Positions 1 to 6,545 of a DNA stretch of 14,680 nt are shown here, piece after piece. The notes under the pieces were generated by a model. That model was not told the origin of the DNA and did no database searches. It saw only the letters and a list, made by a program, of their open reading frames with translations. The DNA is taken from positions 1 to 14,680 of the forward strand of contig WAKA01000041.1 in the NCBI GenBank assembly GCA_015523565.1, in the 5' to 3' direction. This DNA is from Candidatus Heimdallarchaeota archaeon. Its GTDB lineage: Archaea; Asgardarchaeota; Heimdallarchaeia; Heimdallarchaeales; Kariarchaeaceae. The first letter of the stretch is position 1. Every line of letters begins with the position of its first letter. Both the position numbers and the translations under genes were made by a program.

Positions 1-160
1 AATATTCAAGCCCATTTTCTATTAGGAGAGAAAAAGCCAAGATGCGTCAGAAAAATTAGAATTAGGTTTCTTTTGTTGTTTAAGTTGCACTTTTGTTTAT
101 TTCAGAAAAGAAAAACAATCTTCGTTCTTAATGCTCAATCATGTATCAAAGTCCCTAGAT

Positions 161-167
161 TTTTATA
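161..167 (+). promoter_or_regulatory. Archaeal TATA box (probably leaderless transcript) for the 191..1057 gene
   Basis: TTTTATA lies 24-30 nt upstream of ATG191, the typical TATA-to-start spacing in archaea. Confidence 0.55.
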
Positions 168-190
168 GGCTTATGGGAAATTATTATTGA

Positions 191-1057
191 ATGAGCATTT
201 CTGACGAGGAATTTGAACGAAAACTTGAGGGATTGCTCCCCAAAGTTTTACATAGTTTAGGCTATATAATTACTCCAGAACAGATTGCAACGAGAGAAGA
301 TATTGAAAATTTAAGGAGACAAATGGATGAACGTTTTTTGAAAGTCTTTGAACGAATGGAAAAGAATGATGAGGAAATCAAGGGCATCAGGGAAGAGATG
401 AAGCAGCAGAATGAGGAGATCAAGAGCATCAGGGAAGAGATGAAGCAGCAGAATGAGGAGATCAAGAGCATCAGGGAAGAGATGAAGCAGCAGAATGAGG
501 AAATCAAGAGCATCAGGGAAGAGATGAAACAGCAGAATGAGGAGATCAAAAATCTCAGGGAAGAGATGAAGCATCAAAATGCGAGAATTGATAGGCTTAT
601 TGAGAGTATGAACAATGGGTTCTCCCTAGTCCACGATGAACTAGCAAAGGTTTCGAGCAAATATGGGAAAATGCGTGAAGAGGAAGCAAGAAAGCTATTG
701 GATGAGGTTTTAAAGCATTTTGGAGTCCCCTCTTATAAAGTCAAGAAAATGCAGGTAATAGACCAAGAAGGAATTGTATTTGCCAAAGGATATATTACAG
801 ATATTGATTTGTATTTGGAAAAGGACAATGAGGTTTGGGCCTTTGAATTCAAGGCAAACTGTGACAGATTTGACCTGTTTGGGTTCCATAAGATCTGTGA
901 ACTTCTTGAGAATGGATATGGCAAAAAAGTTACCAGAAAGATTCTTGCATGTTTCAGTTTTGAAGATGGCGTTGATATTGATGCGGACAGATTTGATATT
1001 GAAATTTGGAAACCAAAGGCAAGGGTTCCAGGTCTTGTTTTCCCAATCGATCTCTAA
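191..1057 (+). CDS. Coiled-coil protein with C-terminal PD-(D/E)XK nuclease-like domain (DUF3782/DUF1626-like archaeal family)
   Basis: 288-aa ORF with a short N-terminal head, an IATREDI motif (ATKxD-type beta-layer signature) and a long heptad-repeat coiled coil. It ends in a ...EEEAR...TDIDLYLEKDNEVWAFEFKAN segment matching E...D-x(n)-E-x-K of PD-(D/E)XK nucleases. Family assigned from motif recognition, not a database search. Confidence 0.8.
   Translation: MSISDEEFERKLEGLLPKVLHSLGYIITPEQIATREDIENLRRQMDERFLKVFERMEKNDEEIKGIREEMKQQNEEIKSIREEMKQQNEEIKSIREEMKQQNEEIKSIREEMKQQNEEIKNLREEMKHQNARIDRLIESMNNGFSLVHDELAKVSSKYGKMREEEARKLLDEVLKHFGVPSYKVKKMQVIDQEGIVFAKGYITDIDLYLEKDNEVWAFEFKANCDRFDLFGFHKICELLENGYGKKVTRKILACFSFEDGVDIDADRFDIEIWKPKARVPGLVFPIDL
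371..580 (+). repeat. In-frame tandem repeat, 5 x 42 bp (14 aa: EEIK(S/G/N)(I/L)REEMK(Q/H)QN)
   Basis: Units start at 371, 413, 455, 497 and 539, consensus GAGGAGATCAAGAGCATCAGGGAAGAGATGAAGCAGCAGAAT. Copies 2 and 3 are identical, copies 1 and 4 differ by 2 nt, and copy 5 is the most diverged. Confidence 0.97.
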
Positions 1058-1113
1058 CAATCATTTCATAAGAATTATTTTCCGACTTATTTGGGCTCAG
1101 TATTGATTATAAT

Positions 1114-2025
1114 TCAAGCATTATGATAATTTTGATCAGGAGATTGTTTATTTTTTGTGAGAAAATGCATGGGGTTTTCTATAAAAAACAACGAAAAGGT
1201 AATGATCAATCGAGGTTCCTTATTAAGAATTCGATGTGGCATCCCTTCCAAAGCAATTAAGGTAGAGTTGGGAAGTAATGCATCAAGTTTTACAGAATCT
1301 TCAAAGGGAATTACCTTATCATCAGTTCCTGCAAAAATTAGAGTAGGGGTATCAATGACGCTTGGATCAATGCAGTAAGAGGCAATTGTTTCCTCGATGA
1401 TTTTCTTTTGGATTTCAAGTGGTGCATTGGTCAATTGTGAAATAAATTTTTTATAAGTCGGGATTTCTTCTTCCGATGCAAAGTATGGCAAAGTCTTTTC
1501 AAATAACTTGGCGACTGCTCGAATCAATTTTTTGGGAGAAAGTTTGGTAAGACCTTTTAACCATAAAGGTACTGAGAATTTTATGGTTGGAGAAATAAGT
1601 ACCAAAGAATCGACATGCTCAGGGAAAAGTTTTGTAAATGTCAATGAGACAGCAGAAGAGAGAGAACTTGCAACAAGGTTTATCTTGAAATCAGAACCAA
1701 GAAACTGGGACAGAGCACAGTGAATATCTGTAGCAAGGTCTTGAATGGACCAAGACAAGTCTAGAGGGGAATCTGAATCCCCATGACCACGCAAATCAAT
1801 TGCAAACATGTTGAAATGATTTGAATAATGATCAAATGCATATTTATAGTCTTCACTGGACCCAAACCATCCATGAAGGAAAACCACATTTGGAAGGCTG
1901 GGATTGATGACTTCTGTTCGTTTCAAGGAGAGAAGAAAAAAGTCATTCTCTGCAATTTTCTCATCAACTTCGCAGTGAAAATCTGACCTATGATAAACTG
2001 GAACAAAGCTTTCTACAACTGACAT
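1114..2025 (-). CDS. Alpha/beta fold hydrolase (Abhydrolase_1-like)
   Basis: Motifs VFLHGW (oxyanion region), AIDLRGHGDS, nucleophile elbow LVASSLSS (S121), PTLIFAGTDDKVIP (D236) and GMPH (H264). A possible SD (GAGGT, 2037-2033) lies upstream. Confidence 0.9.
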   Translation of the reverse strand: MSVVESFVPVYHRSDFHCEVDEKIAENDFFLLSLKRTEVINPSLPNVVFLHGWFGSSEDYKYAFDHYSNHFNMFAIDLRGHGDSDSPLDLSWSIQDLATDIHCALSQFLGSDFKINLVASSLSSAVSLTFTKLFPEHVDSLVLISPTIKFSVPLWLKGLTKLSPKKLIRAVAKLFEKTLPYFASEEEIPTYKKFISQLTNAPLEIQKKIIEETIASYCIDPSVIDTPTLIFAGTDDKVIPFEDSVKLDALLPNSTLIALEGMPHRILNKEPRLIITFSLFFIENPMHFLTKNKQSPDQNYHNA

Positions 2026-2124
2026 ATAGATGACCTCGATGCATTGTGCGTCGATATAGATGCAATAGATCCCATCAAGGAAATACTTCCTTGAGAAAGT
2101 TCTATCTATTCTTTACTAGTGTCA

Positions 2125-2140
2125 TTTTATATTTATAAAA
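2125..2140. promoter_or_regulatory. Palindromic, possibly bidirectional TATA element between the divergent hydrolase and XPD genes
   Basis: TTTTATA-TT-TATAAAA has perfect 7-bp arms and is centred at about 2132, almost exactly midway between the start codons at 2025 (-) and 2238 (+). Confidence 0.45.
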
Positions 2141-2237
2141 CATTGCTAATAAGGAAAGAATAAATTTTCCATGACCTGATATTTCAGGCAATCAAGACTT
2201 TTTTAAGAGAGGGATAATTGGTTTTCTTGTAAAAGAA

Positions 2238-4178
2238 ATGAGCATGACCAAAGAAAAATGGAAGGAATTCTTCCCGTACAAGCCAAGACCTGCACAGGAA
2301 AAGATCATGCAACCTATGCAGGATGCAATATTTGATGGAAAACATTGCTTAGTGGAAGCTGCAAATGGAACTGGAAAAACAATTGCCGCATTGGCTGCGG
2401 CAATCCCTGTAGCCAAACAATTGGACAAGGTAATTGTATATCTTGCAAGAACACATTCCCAAATGGATAGAGTGATCGAGGAATTGCAGGAGATTAGTAA
2501 CCATTCAAAGGAATATGTTTCAGGGTTGACATTGAGAGGCAGAAACTCAATGTGCCTAAATGAATTGGTTTTGGAATATGCAAAAAGTGCCAGATCTGCC
2601 AGTGAGATGTGTACACAATTAAAATCCCTGAAAAAATGCCAATATTACAAAAACATGAGTGAGGATAAACGGATAAAACCAATAATGCATGAACTGAAAA
2701 AAATGCCTGCCACGGCAGAAGTGATTTTTGAAATGGCAGACGCCGCCCAGATCTGCCCTGCGGAAACTGCGAGAAAATTGCTTGCAAGTGTAGATGTAAT
2801 ATCCTGCAGTTATCTGTACATATTTGATCCAAAAATAAACGCATCATTTTTTGATCAGGTTGGGGTAGATTTGGATGATATCATACTCATTATTGATGAA
2901 TGCCATAACTTGCCAGACACTGCTATAGAAATTGGATCTGATGAGATCACATCATTTTCCTTCAGCAGGGCGATTCGTGAGGCAAGGGAAGAGGGAAGAA
3001 GGGATGCAATCCCATTTTTTGAAGCTTGCCAAGATTATTTTTTTGATCAGGCAAACAAATGGCAAATAGGACAGGAGTTGCAGGTTGACGGTTCAAAAAT
3101 CCTTGAAGAGCTTGAATTGAAATGTGACATTGAATTGGATGATGAGTTTTTTGAGGATCTCGTTTCTTTGGGGTTTAAGATTAGGACAAAGCTATTAAGG
3201 AAAGGCAAGGAACCAAGATCAAGTATAGGAAGAATTGGGGAGTTTTTTTCTGCATGGTATGATTCCATTGGCAGAGTAGATTATATCCATTCAATGGAGG
3301 TACGCACAATTGAAGGGAATAGGCAAAGCAGGTATGCAGTTTTAAGATTATCCAGTTTGAATCCAAGAAAAATCTTGGACCCAATACTTACAAAGGTTTT
3401 TTCATCAGTACACTTGACAGGTACTTTAGGAGACCCAGATGCTTACAAAATGTTAACAGGTCTTTCTGATCTTCCGACAGAGACAATGGTTCTTCCCTCA
3501 CCTTATAAGAGTTTCAATATCAAGGCATATTATACGGGAAAGCTTAGTACCCTATACAATCATCGTAATCCAGATACCTTCAAAAAAATGGTTGAATTAA
3601 TCATTGCAGTGGCTGACAACACTCCAGGAAATATTGGAGTGTTTGCTCCAAGTTATCAGATTGTAAAGGATCTTATGGACAACGGTCTCTCAAAATACAT
3701 GATAAAGCCAATATTCCAAGTACCCGCAGATTCAACGTCTGAAGAAAATGACAGAATCATTCGGAGGTTCAAGAAAGAGGCAAGCAAGGGGGGTGGAATT
3801 TTGCTGTCAGTACTTGGGGGAAGATCATCTGAAGGAACTGATTTTCCAGGGGACTTGATGAATTCTGTTGTTATCATTGGCATACCCTATGCTCCCCCAA
3901 ATCCGAGAATTAACGCAAAAATAGAATTTCTGGAGTCAAAATTTGAAGGCTGGGGGAGAACACTGGGGTATATTATTCCAGCGATAAACAAGGCAAGCCA
4001 AGCAGCAGGAAGGGCAGTAAGGTCTCTTGATGACAAGGCATTCATACTCTTTGTTGATTTTCGCTATGGTTCCTATAAGGTAAAAAGATTGCTTCCCCAT
4101 TGGATAAGACAGAATTTGAAAAAAATTGAGCCAAAGCCTGAGTTTATTAAAAAAGAAGTGATTGGATTTTTCAGGTAA
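2238..4178 (+). CDS. xpd: ATP-dependent 5'-3' DNA helicase, XPD/Rad3/DinG family with 4Fe-4S cluster
   Basis: Q motif FPYKPRPAQ, Walker A EAANGTGKT, motif Ia RTHSQ, four Fe-S cysteines (SMCLN, EMCTQ, KKCQYY, QICP), Walker B DECH, motif III TGTL, motif V SEGTDFPG, motif VI QAAGRAVR. The start may be ATG2238 or ATG2244. Confidence 0.95.
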   Translation: MSMTKEKWKEFFPYKPRPAQEKIMQPMQDAIFDGKHCLVEAANGTGKTIAALAAAIPVAKQLDKVIVYLARTHSQMDRVIEELQEISNHSKEYVSGLTLRGRNSMCLNELVLEYAKSARSASEMCTQLKSLKKCQYYKNMSEDKRIKPIMHELKKMPATAEVIFEMADAAQICPAETARKLLASVDVISCSYLYIFDPKINASFFDQVGVDLDDIILIIDECHNLPDTAIEIGSDEITSFSFSRAIREAREEGRRDAIPFFEACQDYFFDQANKWQIGQELQVDGSKILEELELKCDIELDDEFFEDLVSLGFKIRTKLLRKGKEPRSSIGRIGEFFSAWYDSIGRVDYIHSMEVRTIEGNRQSRYAVLRLSSLNPRKILDPILTKVFSSVHLTGTLGDPDAYKMLTGLSDLPTETMVLPSPYKSFNIKAYYTGKLSTLYNHRNPDTFKKMVELIIAVADNTPGNIGVFAPSYQIVKDLMDNGLSKYMIKPIFQVPADSTSEENDRIIRRFKKEASKGGGILLSVLGGRSSEGTDFPGDLMNSVVIIGIPYAPPNPRINAKIEFLESKFEGWGRTLGYIIPAINKASQAAGRAVRSLDDKAFILFVDFRYGSYKVKRLLPHWIRQNLKKIEPKPEFIKKEVIGFFR

Positions 4179-4198
4179 CCCAAAAATTTTTTTTAGGG
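4179..4198 (+). terminator. Possible archaeal oligo-U terminator after xpd
   Basis: CCCAAAAATTTTTTTTAGGG immediately follows the stop codon: an 8-T run (4187-4194) inside a weak inverted repeat. Confidence 0.4.
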
Positions 4199-4217
4199 GA
4201 AAAGAAATTATTGTATA

Positions 4218-4805
4218 TTGACCAATGATAAGCGGAGAAATGAAATCCTCCAACTGATCAACAGGTTTTTCAAGGATTTTGATGAGTTATTCAATTTTGC
4301 GGATCAATTGGATGAGCCTGACAAAATAATAAAGCTGATCAAAAATGCGACAGATGACAAGTTAGCTATTCAGCTAGTCTTTAGGTTGGCATATCTGGAT
4401 GAGTCACATTTGGCCAAATTAATAATGGAAACAGATGATGAAATAATCAAACAATTCAGTATATTTATTTTGAAGGATGAGAATGCACTCAAAAGAGTCG
4501 CTGAAGCTGATACGTCAATTTGGACTGCATTGGGTGCAGTATCAAAAATTTCAGATCAAAATTTGCTTTTTGAATTGGCAAACAATACCAACGCTTTTTC
4601 AAGCGTCAGATGGGAAGCATTAAGGCGAATAGATAAAACGGAGCTTCTAGTAAAATTGCTGGACAATCCAATTGATGATATTTGGGTTAAAGCAATTCTC
4701 ACAAAAATCAAAGACATGGATACATTGCTAATGCTACGATTGACTTTAGCAGATCGTTATCAATCTGAATTGATCAAAAAAATAAAAAGAATCAGTGAAA
4801 ATTAG
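4218..4805 (+). CDS. Hypothetical alpha-helical (HEAT-like) repeat protein
   Basis: 195-aa ORF with TTG start and about 26-aa periodic units such as DQNLLFELANNTNAFSSVRWEALRRI and DENALKRVAEADTSIWTALGAVSKIS. Its 3' end overlaps the convergent regulator gene by 14 bp. Confidence 0.7.
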   Translation: MTNDKRRNEILQLINRFFKDFDELFNFADQLDEPDKIIKLIKNATDDKLAIQLVFRLAYLDESHLAKLIMETDDEIIKQFSIFILKDENALKRVAEADTSIWTALGAVSKISDQNLLFELANNTNAFSSVRWEALRRIDKTELLVKLLDNPIDDIWVKAILTKIKDMDTLLMLRLTLADRYQSELIKKIKRISEN

Positions 4806-6339
4806 TGACGGAAGAATAATATTGCTTTTCATTATAAACTCTCTTTTTGAGCAGGATGTCCAATAGATTTTCAATTTCGTCATAATCAGGATCAATATAT
4901 TCTTTGTTTGCAATCTTTTTCTTTTTGATCAACTGGTTTTTTGTCAAAATATTCAACATGTTTCGGACAGTCTTTCTGTTTATGCCTGTTTCTTCAGATA
5001 TTGTGCTGATATTCCATTCTATGTTTTCATAGGAAACTAAGAATTCCAAAAATGGAATCGCATGTTTTGATCTAAGATTGAGTTCAACCATTTTAAGACC
5101 ATAATCGAATTGATCAGCATACTCAGATGCAATATAAACGATATAACGTCCAACTTTCTTCTTCTCGACCCATCCATACTCTTCCAATATTTGAAGATGC
5201 CATAAAAGATTACCCATACCCATACCCACAGCTTTCTTGATTTCACGGAGGTGTGCACCAGAAGCTTCCAGATATTCTAAATAATCTATAATTGCCTTTC
5301 GTGCAGGATTTACAAGAAGTTGACCTTCAGATATCTGTCGGTTTTGGACATGATAGGCAGAACCGATAATGAAAATTCCAAATTTGAGGATTTGATCGAA
5401 TACCCATTGAAGAAATGAAATAATTTTTCTGAAGAACAGGGCAATTAAGGCAACAAAAACCAAAAGCATTGGAAGCAGGGAATTGCTAAAATTTGAATCA
5501 TTTGTATTTGGAAATTGCGCAGAGTTTGAGTTTGTGGAATTTGAAGTAATCATTGTGTTGTTTGATACGGCTGTAGAAATGTTATTTGAGGATATTGAAT
5601 TTTCAATTTTAATGTTAAGGAACATTTTTACTGTTTTCTGTATCAGGATGTCAATTTTGGAAAGCAGATCGGGCAGGGCATTGATATGAAGATTTCCATG
5701 ACCATTTTCCACAGGGGAAACTAAGTCAAACATAAATGCAATTGAATAAAGCAGAGAGCTATTTCTTTCCAAAATAATTGGTTCACCACCAGAGATTTCT
5801 TTTTGAACCTCCGATTCATTGACAGAAGAAATAGTTCCGAGAATGTTTGTATTTTGTAATTGTGTGACAATTCCCACTTTGCCCAAATAGGATGCAGATA
5901 TATCTGATTCATTCAATCTAAGAGTGAATGTCCATTCAGTGTTTTCCTCCCCCAGTTCTTTCAGATAATTTCCCACACCAAGTTTTGTAATAAAGTTGTT
6001 GCTGAATTCGTCAATACGGGAAGAGAATAGGACAATGGATTTTAGATCGTCAGTATTTATGAATTGTTCAATTTCATCTTTCAAAGCACTTTCCAAGTTT
6101 TCTGATGAAGTTTCAACAAAAATTATGTCAAATGAGTTCAATGAAGGTGGCGATTTTGAGTCACTTGGGATTGGAGTTACAGATACTTGATCATATTTAC
6201 TTAACAAGTCAAGAAATGTACTTTTACCCTCTTCATTTGAATAGATGACACCAATATTGATTTGGTGGCTTGTTGCCAATCCAAACATGGGATTCAGAAG
6301 CATCAACAATGATAAGAAAATGAAAGGTAACTGTTTCAT
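4792..6339 (-). CDS. Membrane-anchored transcriptional regulator: signal peptide, extracellular domain, Ser/Asn stalk, TM helix, tandem winged-HTH (COG3398/ArsR-like)
   Basis: Start reassigned from 6489 to ATG6339 (MKQLPFIFLSLLMLLNPMFGLA is a signal peptide, with a TATA about 45 nt upstream), giving 515 aa. TM LLPMLLVFVALIALFF followed by RK at about 5478-5425. wHTH1 is NPARKAIIDYL...AHLREIKKAVGMGMGNLLWHLQILEEYGWVEKKKVGRY. wHTH2 is WNISTISEETGINRKTVRNMLNILTKNQLIKKK. Confidence 0.85.
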   Translation of the reverse strand: MKQLPFIFLSLLMLLNPMFGLATSHQINIGVIYSNEEGKSTFLDLLSKYDQVSVTPIPSDSKSPPSLNSFDIIFVETSSENLESALKDEIEQFINTDDLKSIVLFSSRIDEFSNNFITKLGVGNYLKELGEENTEWTFTLRLNESDISASYLGKVGIVTQLQNTNILGTISSVNESEVQKEISGGEPIILERNSSLLYSIAFMFDLVSPVENGHGNLHINALPDLLSKIDILIQKTVKMFLNIKIENSISSNNISTAVSNNTMITSNSTNSNSAQFPNTNDSNFSNSLLPMLLVFVALIALFFRKIISFLQWVFDQILKFGIFIIGSAYHVQNRQISEGQLLVNPARKAIIDYLEYLEASGAHLREIKKAVGMGMGNLLWHLQILEEYGWVEKKKVGRYIVYIASEYADQFDYGLKMVELNLRSKHAIPFLEFLVSYENIEWNISTISEETGINRKTVRNMLNILTKNQLIKKKKIANKEYIDPDYDEIENLLDILLKKRVYNEKQYYSSVTNFH

Positions 6340-6379
6340 GCCACATCTGTCATCTTTTTGTTTAATTACAATTACAATG

Positions 6380-6389
6380 TTATATATAA
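6380..6389 (-). promoter_or_regulatory. TATA box for the membrane-anchored regulator gene
   Basis: TTATATATAA (self-palindromic) lies 41-50 nt upstream of ATG6339. Confidence 0.5.
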
Positions 6390-6443
6390 TAAGACCATTG
6401 GAACAGTTTTGCCCACATAAGAAAAAGGAAAAAAAAGTTACTA

Positions 6444-6463
6444 AAAAATAATGAGTTATTTTT
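6444..6463. promoter_or_regulatory. Candidate operator palindrome AAAAATAA-tgag-TTATTTTT
   Basis: Perfect 8-bp inverted repeat with a 4-nt spacer, centred at 6453/6454, about 68-69 bp from each of the two divergent TATA boxes. Confidence 0.45.
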
Positions 6464-6510
6464 CGCACGAACAACGGAATGATTTTCACTATGAGTCGAC
6501 AATGTGATGT

Positions 6511-6525
6511 AAAAAGTTAAATATA
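6511..6525 (+). promoter_or_regulatory. BRE + TATA promoter of the S8 protease gene (probably leaderless)
   Basis: Purine-rich AAAAAG directly followed by TTAAATATA, 21-29 nt upstream of ATG6546. Confidence 0.65.
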
Positions 6526-6545
6526 TCTATGTTTTAATTGTTACA

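Noticed and set aside
1-160. Possible gene fragment or ncRNA at the left edge
   Set aside because: Only T-rich and A-rich tracts, with no convincing ORF or recognisable RNA structure.
262-577. Hydrophobic repetitive minus-strand ORFs (262..549, 311..577)
   Set aside because: They are antisense shadows of the 42-bp coding repeat.
371-580. Possible CRISPR array
   Set aside because: The units are directly adjacent with no unique spacers, lie in frame inside a CDS, and there are no cas genes.
2238-4178. CasDinG (type IV CRISPR) or a helicase-nuclease defence pair with the 191..1057 gene
   Set aside because: No csf genes or array are present, and the two genes are separated by an oppositely oriented hydrolase.
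6340-6489. 50-aa N-terminal extension of the regulator ORF
   Set aside because: It covers the TATA box, A-tracts and palindrome of the intergenic region. The signal peptide begins at ATG6339.
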